From an uncultured Dehalococcoidaceae bacterium (lineage in GTDB: Bacteria > Chloroflexota > Dehalococcoidia > UBA2979): 64,000 nt of DNA. Location: positions 27,603 through 91,602 of the forward strand of contig CAZMCK010000002.1 of NCBI GenBank assembly GCA_964565075.1, given 5' to 3'. Position numbers and translations under genes: made by a program. Shown piece after piece: positions 33,406 through 43,089 of this stretch. The stretch's first letter is position 1, and each line of letters begins with the position of its first letter. The notes beneath the pieces were generated by a model. That model did no database searches, was not told where the DNA came from, and was given only the letters and a program-made list of their open reading frames with translations.

Positions 33406-34911
33406 GTGGTCCTGGTGTTCAGCCCCGTGGTCGTTGCGGTCTTCGTCGGCTACTTCCTCGCGCTGGTCGGCATCGCCATCGTGCGGGCGCGGCGCATGAA
33501 CGCCATGTCGGACTACGTGCTCGGCGGGCGGCGCATGAGCAGCCTCACCTCGGGCCTCAGCGCGAGCGTCTCGACGACGAGCGGATGGACGATGCTGGCG
33601 CTGCCGGCGCTCGCCTTCACCGGGGGCGCGAACATCCTCTGGCTCGTCGGCTTCCTCGCCGTGGGTGTCTGGCTCAACTGGACGCTGGTGGCGAAGCGGC
33701 TGCGACGCTACACGATTGCCGCCGAGGACTCTCTGACCGTGCCCGAGTTCTTCGAGCGCCGCTTCGCGGACGGCAGCGGGGCGGTGCGCGCCGTGGCGGC
33801 AGTGCTCACGATCTTCTTCATCGTCTTCTACACCAACTCGGGCCTCATCGCGGGCGCCGAGCTGCTCGGCTCGGTGTTCGAGATCGACCTCAATCCCGGG
33901 ATCTGGATCACGCTCTTCGCCGTCGCCTCGTACACGTTCATCGGCGGCTTCCTCGCCGTGTCGCGGACGGACGTGTTCCAGGCCGTGCTGATGCTGGCGG
34001 GCTTCATCATCATCCCGCTCACGCTGTTGTTCCTCGCCGACGACCCGTTCGGCGAGGTGGGCGACCAGCCGGGGTTCTTCAACCCCTTCACCGACCCACA
34101 GGGCGAGGTCGTGACGCCGGTGTATCTCATCGGCCTCGCAGGCTGGGGTCTCGGCGCCTTCGGTTCTCAGCGCGTGCTGCAGCGCTTCATGGCGGTGGAG
34201 AGCGAGGCCAAGATCGACGAGAGCCGCAACATCTCCGCGGCGTGGATCATCGGCATCTACGCGCTGAGCTTCCTGCTGGGGCTGCTGGCCCATCCCGCGC
34301 TCGAGGCGGCGGGGATCGAGACGACGGACCCCGAGCAGGTCTACTTCGCGGTCGTGGACCACTTCTTCCCGGCGTTGATCGGCGCGCTGCTGCTCTCGGC
34401 GGTCATCGCTGCCGTCATGAGCACGGCCGACTCCCAGCTGCTGCTCGCCTCGGCGGTCGCGTCGAACGACCTGCCGTACGTTCGACGCATCAGCGCGGCC
34501 CTCGACACGCGACGCCAGGTCTGGCTGGGCCGCGCCTGGCTGGTCGTCGTCGGCCTCTTCTCCGGCGTGCTCACGGTCGCGTTCCCTGACTCGATCCTCA
34601 ACCTCGTGGCGTACGCGTGGGGCGGGATGGGCGCGGCCTTCGGGCCGGTAGTGCTGCTGGCGCTCTACTGGCGGCGGTTCAACGCGGCGGGGGCGCTGGC
34701 GGGCATGCTCGCGGGGTTCGGAGTGGCCACGCTCTGGCAGTTCGGCCTCGAGGGCGGCCCGCAGGGCGTCTTCGACATCATGCCCGCCTCGCCAGGGTGC
34801 ATCGCCGGAACCGCCGCGGCGATCGTCGTGACGCTCCGGACCGCGCCGCCGGCCGCGCACGTCCTCGCCACGTTCGACGAGGTCGCAGGGCGCGCAGCGG
34901 CCCGCCCCTGA
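33406..34911 (+). CDS. sodium:solute symporter family (SSF) transporter
   Basis: 501 aa with about 13 TM helices, PutP/SSF family. Start may instead be the GTG at 33415. Confidence 0.85.
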   Translation: MVLVFSPVVVAVFVGYFLALVGIAIVRARRMNAMSDYVLGGRRMSSLTSGLSASVSTTSGWTMLALPALAFTGGANILWLVGFLAVGVWLNWTLVAKRLRRYTIAAEDSLTVPEFFERRFADGSGAVRAVAAVLTIFFIVFYTNSGLIAGAELLGSVFEIDLNPGIWITLFAVASYTFIGGFLAVSRTDVFQAVLMLAGFIIIPLTLLFLADDPFGEVGDQPGFFNPFTDPQGEVVTPVYLIGLAGWGLGAFGSQRVLQRFMAVESEAKIDESRNISAAWIIGIYALSFLLGLLAHPALEAAGIETTDPEQVYFAVVDHFFPALIGALLLSAVIAAVMSTADSQLLLASAVASNDLPYVRRISAALDTRRQVWLGRAWLVVVGLFSGVLTVAFPDSILNLVAYAWGGMGAAFGPVVLLALYWRRFNAAGALAGMLAGFGVATLWQFGLEGGPQGVFDIMPASPGCIAGTAAAIVVTLRTAPPAAHVLATFDEVAGRAAARP

Positions 34912-34950
34912 GGGCGGGCCGCGTGGTGCGCTCCGAGCGGATGCGGGTGA

Positions 34951-35733
34951 CTATGCCTGCGCGAGCAGCGGGCGGTCGTAGACGACGTTGCCGGTGTACG
35001 CGCTCGGGTCCTGCTCGCAGATCCAGACCGTGGCTTCACCCATGGGGTCGGCTGCCTCGAAGTTGAGGTCGGGGTTCTCCGGGTCGTTGCCGGCGAAGAT
35101 CAGTCCGGGCGTGCGGTAGCCGCTCTCCGGCGAGAGCACGTTGACGGCGATGTTGTCGTCCTGCAGCTCGACGGCCTGCGACTGCGAGAAGTGCTCAAGG
35201 CCGGCCTTGATGCCGCCGTAGAGCAGGTCGCCGCCACGGCGCACGTCGTCGCCGTACGGGCCGGGGCCGGGAGCGATCGCGCCACGCGAGGAGATGTTGA
35301 TGATGTGTCCGCCGCCGCCCTCGCGCATGTGGGGGATGGCCGCCCGCATCATCATGATGTAGCCGATGTAGTTCACCTCGAGGCTGAGGTGGATGTGGCG
35401 CTCTCGCGCGGACTCGATGGTGCCCGGGATGAAGATCGCGGCGTTGTTGACCAGGATGTCGATGCGGCCCCACTCGTCCATCACGGTCTGCGCGCACGCC
35501 ATGATGCTCTCGGCGTCGCGGAGGTTGAGCACCACGGGCATTGCAGTCCCGCCGGCATCGGTGATCGCCTCGGTGACCGAGTGGATGGTGCCGGGCAGGC
35601 GCGCGTCCTGCACGCTCTCGGTGCGGGCGGCGACGGCGGTCTTCGCGCCCGCCGCTGCGAGGTGTCGAGCTATGTCGGCGCCGATCCCGCGGCTCGCGCC
35701 GGCGACGATGGCGACCTTTCCGTCCAGCGACAT
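34951..35733 (-). CDS. SDR-family oxidoreductase
   Basis: Internal ATG (MSLDGKVAIVAGASRGIG..) of ORF 34951..35946, after an AAGGAGG ribosome-binding site. Rossmann TGxxxGxG motif and the NNAA motif. Confidence 0.85.
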   Translation of the reverse strand: MSLDGKVAIVAGASRGIGADIARHLAAAGAKTAVAARTESVQDARLPGTIHSVTEAITDAGGTAMPVVLNLRDAESIMACAQTVMDEWGRIDILVNNAAIFIPGTIESARERHIHLSLEVNYIGYIMMMRAAIPHMREGGGGHIINISSRGAIAPGPGPYGDDVRRGGDLLYGGIKAGLEHFSQSQAVELQDDNIAVNVLSPESGYRTPGLIFAGNDPENPDLNFEAADPMGEATVWICEQDPSAYTGNVVYDRPLLAQA

Positions 35734-36133
35734 GTGATCCTCCTTGATGCGTCGAGGCGGGGCCCCCGCCGCGCCTCGGTGTATGTCCGTCTCGGCTGGC
35801 GAGTCTAGCCCGATCCCGCCGCGCGCACACCCCGAGGCCCCACGATGCTCTCCCCGCAGTGTCTGATAGGTTGGAAGCGGAGCATGAGTGCGAGGAGAGT
35901 CTTCGTGTCTGACCCACCTGATCGCCGACCTCATCGTCGCGGCCACGAACAGCCATGGCGAGCGTTACTCCCCGACACGTCCTCGCCCGAATTCGCCGCC
36001 GAGGCCCGTCGGCAGTCGCTCATCGTTGCGAACAGCCCGCACGCGGAAGAGGACCAGGCGTTCGTCGACTCCATCTCCCACTGGCCGGAGTGAGAGCGCC
36101 CCCGCGCCGCCTCTCATCCCCTACACTCCCCCC

Positions 36134-37513
36134 ATGACCCCCACCGGCAGGCAGCCGCGACGGCGCGGCGACGCGCCTCCCGGGCTCCAACGCGACTTCT
36201 TCAGCGGCGATGAGCCTCGCCTCCCCGACGGCGCTGTCGGCGATGCGCCGCGCGGCTCCGCCCCGCTCGCCACACGGCAACGCCCGAGGGATCTCGATGA
36301 CTTCGTGGGGCAGGAGGAGGTCGTGGGGCCGGGGAGCCCGCTGCGCGGGATGATCGAGCGCGACGAGACTCCCTCGCTCGTGCTGTGGGGGCCTCCCGGC
36401 TCCGGCAAGACCACGCTCGCCGCCATCATCGCACGGCGCACGCAGCGCTACTTCGAGCCCCTCTCGGCCGTCGACGCCGGTGTCGCGGACATCCGCCGCG
36501 TGGTGGGCGACGCGCGGCAGCGCCGCTCGGCGGGCGGCGTCGAGACCATCCTGTTCATCGACGAGCTGCACCGCTTCAACCGCGCGCAACAGGACCACGT
36601 GCTCCCCCACGTCGAGGACGGCACGGTCACGCTCATCGGCGCGACGACGGAGAATCCGTCGTTTTATGTCGTGGCGCCGCTCATCTCGCGCGCCCGCGTC
36701 TTCAAGCTCGACCTGCTCACCGAGCACGACGTCCGCACCATCGTGATGCGTGCGCTGGAGCGCGACGCACAGCTTGCCGGCCTTGAGCTCGACGTGGCCG
36801 AGGACGCCGTCGACGCCATCGTGCGGCTCGCGGGCGGCGACGCGCGCGCGGCGCTCAACCTGCTCGAGCTCGCCGCGACCTCGACGCGCCCCGGTGGCGA
36901 CGGCGTGCGTCATGTGACGCGCGAAGCCGTCGAGGCGACCGGGCAACGGCCGACCGTGCTCTACGATCGCATGGGCGACGCCCACTACGACCACATCTCC
37001 GCGTATATCAAGTCGGTGCGGGACTCCGACCCGGACGGCGCGCTGTACTGGCTCGCGCGGATGATCGAGGCCGGCGAGGACCCGCTGTTCGTGGCGCGCC
37101 GCATGGTGATCCTCGCCGCCGAGGACGTCGGGCTCGCCGACCCGCAGGCGCTCGTCGTCGCGGTGTCCGGGCAGCAGGCCGTGCACTTCCTCGGCATGCC
37201 CGAGGCGCGACTACCGCTCGCCGAGGTGACCGTGTACCTGGCGCGCGCGCCGAAGTCGAACTCGGCCTACGCCGCCTACACCCGCGCCGCCGCCGACGTG
37301 GAGCGCACGCGCAACGACCCCGTCCCCATCCATCTCCGCAACGCCGCGACCCGGCTGATGCGCGACTTCGGATACGGCGAGGGCTACCGCTACGCACACG
37401 ACTTCGAGGGCCACGTCGTGCCCGACCAGACCCACCGCCCCCCTTCGGCCGAAGGGAACGTCTACTACGAGCCCGGATCGCTCGGCGACGAGGCCCGATC
37501 CGACGACGTCTAG
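36134..37513 (+). CDS. rarA: replication-associated recombination protein A (RarA/MgsA AAA+ ATPase)
   Basis: Internal ATG of ORF 35888..37513. Walker A GPPGSGKTT, Walker B IDELHRFN and the MgsA C-terminal domain. Confidence 0.85.
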   Translation: MTPTGRQPRRRGDAPPGLQRDFFSGDEPRLPDGAVGDAPRGSAPLATRQRPRDLDDFVGQEEVVGPGSPLRGMIERDETPSLVLWGPPGSGKTTLAAIIARRTQRYFEPLSAVDAGVADIRRVVGDARQRRSAGGVETILFIDELHRFNRAQQDHVLPHVEDGTVTLIGATTENPSFYVVAPLISRARVFKLDLLTEHDVRTIVMRALERDAQLAGLELDVAEDAVDAIVRLAGGDARAALNLLELAATSTRPGGDGVRHVTREAVEATGQRPTVLYDRMGDAHYDHISAYIKSVRDSDPDGALYWLARMIEAGEDPLFVARRMVILAAEDVGLADPQALVVAVSGQQAVHFLGMPEARLPLAEVTVYLARAPKSNSAYAAYTRAAADVERTRNDPVPIHLRNAATRLMRDFGYGEGYRYAHDFEGHVVPDQTHRPPSAEGNVYYEPGSLGDEARSDDV

Positions 37514-38625
37514 CCGGCCGCGCCCATCCCGAGCGTCGAGGGTGGCGTCGCGGCCTCGAAGGCTGCGTGCTCGGCTCGGCGTCGCTCGATCTCGCCCGAC
37601 GCCGGGCCGCTCCCCGCGTCGAGCGCCGCAACCAGCTCGGAGCGGGCGAGGTAGAACACGTCGCGCCCGTCGGCCAGTGCGCCGCGCGACTCGAGGTCCG
37701 CGCCGGCGCGGAGCCACATCGACCGCGCCGACGCGATGAGGCGGCCGACCGGCTCGGCCAGGGCGTCGACCGCGAGGCCCTGCTCCTGGGCCTTCGGCAG
37801 CAGCTCCATCAGGTCGGCGACGCCCGGCAGCATGGCCGCACGGGCGAGTTCCGCCTGCACTGTGCTGCGCTGATGGAGGCGTTGCTGCTGCGCCGCGATC
37901 GGGCTCGCCTCGTCCCGCAGTCCCGACGCCGCTCGAACGGCTCTCGTAATTGTCGAGTGATCCTCGCCCCACGCGGGCACGTCCTGGCGGTACCCCGGCA
38001 CGCGGAACGGGAACTCTTGCTGCGCACGGTCGCGAAGCTGCATGTAGTCGCGCTGTCCCCCTGTGGGGCCGAACGTCCTCGAGAGCCTGCTGCCCTGGCT
38101 GCGCACCAGCCGGCTCATCTCCCACACCACGGCCGCGCGTCGCGACGCCCGCGACGGGATCGCCTCGATCAGCGTCCGTGCGTCGTCGTCGCGCCCCTCG
38201 CCGAAGTGGGTGATGAACGCCTCGACGAACGCGGCGGCCGCTCGCGCAGCCGGTTGCAGGACCTCGTCTTGCACGCCCGCAGCGACGTCGCTCCACTCGT
38301 CGACGTGTTCGGCGAACGTGTCGGTCCCGAGCTGCGCGGGCTCGACGCCGTCCAGCGAGGCGGCGAGCGCCTCCACGCGCGGCAGCCACTCGACGTAGAG
38401 GCGGTCGAGTGGCCCCGTCCCCTCGCCGGCGGTGTCGGCGCGCCCCTGCGCGTCGTCGCGCGTGTAGAGGTACCCCCCGACGACCAGCGCGCCCTCGCCC
38501 TGGATCGCGGCGTAGAGCTCGGCGATGAGCGGCGGATGGGCTTCCGCGTCGCCCGGGCACGCGAGGCGCCATCGGTGTACCGCGAGGGCGGGACTGGGTA
38601 GCTCGAATGAGATGCCGCTGCTCAT
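37510..38625 (-). CDS. hypothetical protein (371 aa), C-terminal region resembling the linker segment of PEP-utilising-enzyme family proteins
   Basis: ATG at 38625 after GAGGAG. GC3-rich codons and balanced amino-acid composition. The upstream 309 aa of ORF 37510..39552 is antisense to ribBA. Confidence 0.45.
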   Translation of the reverse strand: MSSGISFELPSPALAVHRWRLACPGDAEAHPPLIAELYAAIQGEGALVVGGYLYTRDDAQGRADTAGEGTGPLDRLYVEWLPRVEALAASLDGVEPAQLGTDTFAEHVDEWSDVAAGVQDEVLQPAARAAAAFVEAFITHFGEGRDDDARTLIEAIPSRASRRAAVVWEMSRLVRSQGSRLSRTFGPTGGQRDYMQLRDRAQQEFPFRVPGYRQDVPAWGEDHSTITRAVRAASGLRDEASPIAAQQQRLHQRSTVQAELARAAMLPGVADLMELLPKAQEQGLAVDALAEPVGRLIASARSMWLRAGADLESRGALADGRDVFYLARSELVAALDAGSGPASGEIERRRAEHAAFEAATPPSTLGMGAAG

Positions 38626-38779
38626 GCCGCTCCTCTGCCACTCGGCTCCCGGCCGTCCGCGCCATGCTAAGGCCGCGAGCGCCACAGCGGGAGCGGGAGC
38701 GGGCAGACCGCCCCGCCTCGGTGATACCCTCGCAGGGTGAAATCGTGACGAGGTGCACGGTGGGCACGACGAGGTGGCG

Positions 38780-39994
38780 ATGACGACATCGGAGGCAGGG
38801 GCGCTCCATCTCGGAGCCCCGGAGCGGGTAAGCGCTGTCGAGGCAATCGATGAGTTCCGGCGGGGACGTCCCATCATCATCGTCGACGACGAAGGTCGCG
38901 AGAACGAGGGCGACCTGTGTATCGCCGCGCAGTTCATCGACGCGGAGATGATCGCGTTCATGACGGCCGGTGCGCGCGGGATGATGTGCGTCGCCATGGC
39001 CGGTGAGCGCCTCGACGCGATGAACGTGCCGCTTATGACAGGGAGCAACACGTCACCGCTCTCGAAGCAGTTCACCGTCTCCGTCGAGGCGCGCGACGGC
39101 GTCTCCACCGGAGCGTCGGCCGCCGACCGCGCCCGCACGATCCAGGTGCTCGTCGGCCCCGATTCCACGCCCGAGCAGCTGACACGGCCGGGGCACATCT
39201 TCCCGCTGCGCGCCCGCGACGGCGGGGTGCTCGTGCGCGCCGGCCACACCGAGGCGTCCGTGGACATGGCGCGCCTTGCCGGGTGCACGCCCGCTGCGGT
39301 CATCTGCGAGATGCTTGACGAGGACGGCTCGGTCGCCCGCACCCCGGACCTCGTGGCGTTCGCCCGCGAGCACGACATCAAGATCGTCACCGTCAACGAC
39401 GTGATCGCGCACCGGCTCCGCACCGACACGCTCATCGAGCGCGTCACCGATGCCGGCCTGCCCAGCCGCTTCGGGGACTTCACCGCGGTCGCGTACCGCA
39501 CGCTCGTCGACACTCGCGAGCACATCGCCTTCGTGCTCGGTGACATCTCCACGCCCGAGCCGGTGCTGGTGCGCGTGCACGACCAGTGCGTGACGGGCGA
39601 CGTGTTCCGTTCGCTCAGCTGCGACTGTGGCTACCAGCTGCGAGCCGCCATGAACCTCGTCCGCGAGGCCGGACGGGGCGTCGTCGTCTACCTGTACCAG
39701 CAGGGGAGCGCCCTCTGCCTGCACCCGACGGGCACCCAGCCCGCCGAGGCAAGCGATGGCGAGGCGTCGGCCGCGATCGAGTCGCTCGGGTTGCCCGACT
39801 ACGGGATTGGCATGCAGATCCTCGTCGATCTTGGCCTACGCGAGATGCGGCTCATCACCGACAACCCGGTGAAGCGGTCCGGCCTTGAAGGCTACGGCCT
39901 TGAGATCGCCGAACTCGTCCCCCTCGCCGAGCGTACGCACGCACAGCGCGAGGAGGCGCTCGCCGCCGCCCGCCGGGACGACGAGGGCGCGTAG
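38780..39994 (+). CDS. ribBA: bifunctional DHBP synthase / GTP cyclohydrolase II (RibBA)
   Basis: ATG at 38780, 6 nt after GAGG, within ORF 38753..39994. Motifs RENEGDL, HTEAS and the CDCG zinc site. Confidence 0.9.
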   Translation: MTTSEAGALHLGAPERVSAVEAIDEFRRGRPIIIVDDEGRENEGDLCIAAQFIDAEMIAFMTAGARGMMCVAMAGERLDAMNVPLMTGSNTSPLSKQFTVSVEARDGVSTGASAADRARTIQVLVGPDSTPEQLTRPGHIFPLRARDGGVLVRAGHTEASVDMARLAGCTPAAVICEMLDEDGSVARTPDLVAFAREHDIKIVTVNDVIAHRLRTDTLIERVTDAGLPSRFGDFTAVAYRTLVDTREHIAFVLGDISTPEPVLVRVHDQCVTGDVFRSLSCDCGYQLRAAMNLVREAGRGVVVYLYQQGSALCLHPTGTQPAEASDGEASAAIESLGLPDYGIGMQILVDLGLREMRLITDNPVKRSGLEGYGLEIAELVPLAERTHAQREEALAAARRDDEGA

Positions 39995-40072
39995 CACCGC
40001 AGTGCTACGCGCCCGCATTGCGTTCCGCCCAGCGGGACGACGCGCGCCCCGCGCGGGATCAATCGAGCCGTA

Positions 40073-40591
40073 TCAGTCGATCAGCGCCGCGATCACCTCG
40101 TCGATGACGGCGTCCGCCTTGGCGTAGAGCTCGTCGTCCGTCGCATCCTGGATCGGGTGCTGGACGAACGAGCGCTGCATGGCCGGCAGGCCGAGCGAGA
40201 CCGCCTGCGCCTCGGCGGCGTCGACGAACTCATCGGAGGCCATCATCACCGAGGGAATGCCCTGAATCTCGAACCAGACCGTGTCGTGCACACTGCACGT
40301 CGTGCACGAGCCTCAGTCGGCGAGGGCTTCGATGACGAAGTCCACCTCCTCCATCATCTTGCGCCGCAGCTCGTCCGGCGCGGGCTTGGCGAAGGTCGGC
40401 TTCATGTAGCGGTTGACCTGCACCTCGGGCACGCGCTCGTTCAGCAGCGACTCGATGCGGTCGAGCAGCACGTTGCCGCGCGGCTTGCTGATGTCGAGCA
40501 GGCCGACGGTCCCGGTGATGTGCTCGGGGCGCTTCGTGAGTTGCCGCCCGATCGGTTCTCGTTCATCCGTCGGGTCAAGAATCGTCGTCAT
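40073..40591 (-). CDS. UGSC-family selenoprotein (172 aa); the in-frame TGA at 40313-40315 is decoded as selenocysteine
   Basis: ORFs 40313..40591 and 40073..40291 are in the same frame, separated only by TGA plus seven sense codons. Readthrough gives ...EALAD-U-G-S-C-T-T-C-S-VHDTVWF... Neither ATG nor a ribosome-binding site is present for the second ORF. A SECIS-like hairpin lies directly 3' of the TGA. The ATG at 40591 overlaps the stop of the upstream gene. Confidence 0.65.
40284..40309 (-). promoter_or_regulatory. candidate bacterial SECIS stem-loop
   Basis: On the mRNA the sequence reads UGA GGC UCGUGCAC-GACGUGCAGU-GUGCACGA, an 8-bp stem with a 10-nt loop beginning 4 nt after the UGA. 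Confidence 0.45.
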
Positions 40592-42159
40592 ACGACCTCC
40601 TCGATGATCCTGCTGTCCAGGCCGCTGGCCCAGCCCGGGAAGATCGACGTGAACTTCCCGGCGCCGCTCCCGGCTACCACGATGTGGATGTTATCGGGCG
40701 ATTGGAACTTCGGTATGAGCTCCTCGAGCTGCTCCTCGCTCGGCCCGTCCGGGCCAAAGCTCTCCGGCGGGATGCCGGCGCCTGCCCGCTCGTCGATGAG
40801 GAGCTCACGGACCGGCCGGTGCGTGAGCTCCCAGAGCCGTTGCTGGAGCTGCGCCCGCGTCCAGCCGTCCCTCGAGATGGTGTCGACGTGCTCGGGGCAG
40901 ATCACCATGAGCACCTCGCCCGACCTCGATCGCGGGTGCCCGATCGCCTGCAACGACATGGCGAGGCTGCCCGCGAGCGCCTCCGCCGTGCGCGATGTCT
41001 GGTCGACGCACACCAGTGGCCCCGGCGAGGCCGGGAAGACCGAGACCACGCTCTCCGTGGCGTCGTAGCCATGCCCGGCGTGGAACGGCTCCCAGGGGCT
41101 GGCCTCCTCGCGCTCTGCGAACGCGAGCGTGAACTTCGCCGGCGACCCGAGCATCGAGCGCTCGGTGCCGCCGGGTTTGGCCCCGCCCACGTTGCGCAGC
41201 ACGAGCCGGACGGCGCGCCCGATGGTCGCGTTCGCGCGGTTGCCCTGCCCGAGCGCGCCCAGGCCTGAGTTCATCCTGATGCGGTCCCGGATCGGCCCGT
41301 TCACGATGACGGCGGGCGAAGCGCCCATCGTCGTGGCCATCACGCCGTGTGCGTTGAACTGCTCGGTGCAGACGGCCTCGACGGCGGCGAGGACGACCGG
41401 GAGGTACTCGGGCTTGCACCCGGCGAGCACCGCGTTGATCGCGATCTTCTCGACCGTCGCCTCGCCCATGTTGGGCGGCACCACGGCGACCACCTCCTGC
41501 GCGTCGCGGCGGGTGCCGCCGAGCATCCGCAGCACGCGCTCCGGGCTCGGGGCCACGACAGGGAGCCCGTCCGTGAAGCCCTGGTCGAACATGAACTCGT
41601 CGATGTCGTCGGCGCTCCCCACCTCGATGCGCCGCGCGCGCAGCGGGCTGCCCTCGGCCTCGGCGGCGAGCCGCTCGGCGATGCCGGGCTCGAGGGTGCG
41701 CGAGCCGCAGCCGGGCTGCGATATCGGGTAGCGCTCCCAGTCGACATCGCCGGCCTCTGTATCGGAGAGGTCGGCGAGCCGGCCGTAGAGTGCGCGCCAG
41801 TCCTCGCGCCCGAAGCCGACGAAGCGGTCGACCTCGGCGCCCTCGCCGTCGGTGAGGATCACGGTCGGCACCGTCTCGAGGTCGTAGTTGTACGAGACCG
41901 CAAGCTCGGAGTCGTCGAGCAACGGGAGCGTCAGGTCGTGGCGGTCGACGAGGATGGCGTTGCCCTCGGCCTCCTGGCCGATCGCGAGCACGTCGACGGC
42001 GCTACCGAAGGCGCGGTGCGCGCCCTCGATGAGCGGCATCGAGGTGCCGCATGTCGGGCAGTCCTCCTTGACGAAGGCCAGGAGCGTCGGGCGGCCGGTC
42101 GGGAACGCGCGTTCCTCGCTGCGCTGGTCCAGCAGTTCGAAGCCGGGTAGCTCGGTCAC
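40588..42159 (-). CDS. thioredoxin-fold (CPTC) N-terminal domain fused to a large uncharacterised domain; translationally coupled to the selenoprotein gene
   Basis: 523 aa. N-terminal ~110 aa thioredoxin-like with CPTCG. The remainder (...GLPVVAPSPERV...AINAVLAGC...) is not recognised. Its TGA stop overlaps the ATG of the downstream gene. Confidence 0.7.
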   Translation of the reverse strand: MTELPGFELLDQRSEERAFPTGRPTLLAFVKEDCPTCGTSMPLIEGAHRAFGSAVDVLAIGQEAEGNAILVDRHDLTLPLLDDSELAVSYNYDLETVPTVILTDGEGAEVDRFVGFGREDWRALYGRLADLSDTEAGDVDWERYPISQPGCGSRTLEPGIAERLAAEAEGSPLRARRIEVGSADDIDEFMFDQGFTDGLPVVAPSPERVLRMLGGTRRDAQEVVAVVPPNMGEATVEKIAINAVLAGCKPEYLPVVLAAVEAVCTEQFNAHGVMATTMGASPAVIVNGPIRDRIRMNSGLGALGQGNRANATIGRAVRLVLRNVGGAKPGGTERSMLGSPAKFTLAFAEREEASPWEPFHAGHGYDATESVVSVFPASPGPLVCVDQTSRTAEALAGSLAMSLQAIGHPRSRSGEVLMVICPEHVDTISRDGWTRAQLQQRLWELTHRPVRELLIDERAGAGIPPESFGPDGPSEEQLEELIPKFQSPDNIHIVVAGSGAGKFTSIFPGWASGLDSRIIEEVV

Positions 42160-42239
42160 GTCGAGCTCCTCAGGTGCGGCATCCCGTCCGCGTGCATTCT
42201 AGCCACATCGAGGGACCAGCGTGTTGTGAGCCGCGTGGC

Positions 42240-42644
42240 TCAGGTCCGCGCGTCGATGCGGTCCATCTCGCCGGGCCACTCGAGGAGCCGCTCGTCGGCG
42301 GTCAGCAGCCGGCAGTCGTCGAGCGTGAGCGCCGTGGCGGCGATGATCCGGTCGGCGGGGTCGCCGTGCATGTCGGGGATCTCGCCCGCGAGCGTGGCGA
42401 TCTCAGCGGTCACCCCGACCTCTCCCAGGCCGGTGGCGCGCAGGCCCGCTCGCCAGCCCAGCACGTCGCGCGTCACCCCCACGCGGCCCTTGCGCTGCAG
42501 CATCGCGACTTCCCAGAACGTAATGGTTGAGACCGCGGCCTCGCCGTCCGGCCAGGCCCGATCGAGCAATGCGCGAGCCCGCCGCCCCAGGTCACGGGTG
42601 TCGAGATGCATCCAGACCAGCACATGGGTATCGAGCAGGATCAC
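42240..42644 (-). CDS. vapC: PIN-domain toxin (VapC-like)
   Basis: 134 aa starting MILLDTHVLVW, PIN fold. Confidence 0.8.
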   Translation of the reverse strand: MILLDTHVLVWMHLDTRDLGRRARALLDRAWPDGEAAVSTITFWEVAMLQRKGRVGVTRDVLGWRAGLRATGLGEVGVTAEIATLAGEIPDMHGDPADRIIAATALTLDDCRLLTADERLLEWPGEMDRIDART

Positions 42645-42653
42645 GGGCGCCGG

Positions 42654-42977
42654 TCAGGGATTGAGCACGCGGTCCGGGTCGGCAAGCACGTCTATCTCGT
42701 CCTCATCCATGGGGCTGATGATGTCCCCGAGGATGCGGATCTGACCCTTGCCGGCGCCCCACGGCGCCTTGCGCGGGTGCTGATACGGCGTCAACTTCGC
42801 CACAGGCTCCCCCCGCTTCATGATGATGACCTCCCGGCCGGTCTCGGCGACCTCATCCATGAGTTGCAGGCATTTTGCCTTGAACTCGGACGCCTTGATG
42901 AACCGCCGCGTGCTGTACACGCCAACGAACTCCCTGATCAAGGAGCCCCTCGGTTCCTCTTGCTCAACCATGGTCAT
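42654..42977 (-). CDS. Phd/YefM-family antitoxin
   Basis: ORF 42654..43004; start could be M1, M10 or M12. Phd/YefM-like (...YSTRRFIKASEFKAKCLQLMDEVAETGREVIIMKRGEPVAKLTP). Confidence 0.7.
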   Translation of the reverse strand: MTMVEQEEPRGSLIREFVGVYSTRRFIKASEFKAKCLQLMDEVAETGREVIIMKRGEPVAKLTPYQHPRKAPWGAGKGQIRILGDIISPMDEDEIDVLADPDRVLNP

Positions 42978-43089
42978 GACTATAGTGCCATCTCCCGGGG
43001 TCATGCAAGCCCCCGCGCCACCGTGCGGAGCCTAGCTCCGGGGGCTGGTAGGCTCGTTTGAACCTCTGACGAGACTGGAGCTTTCGCGA

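Noticed and set aside
38700-38780. Possible FMN riboswitch upstream of ribBA (CAGGGTGAAAT resembles the RFN core)
   Set aside because: Only an 11-nt match. There is no room for the roughly 140-nt aptamer before the RibBA start at 38780, and the second conserved half (CCGACGGTAAAGTCCGGATG...) is absent.
40313-40315. Reading the TGA as a genuine stop, giving two separate small genes
   Set aside because: The downstream ORF is in the same frame, has no ATG or ribosome-binding site, and the junction spells the UGSC motif with a hairpin immediately 3'. Selenocysteine recoding explains the data better, but this remains to be confirmed by finding sel genes elsewhere.
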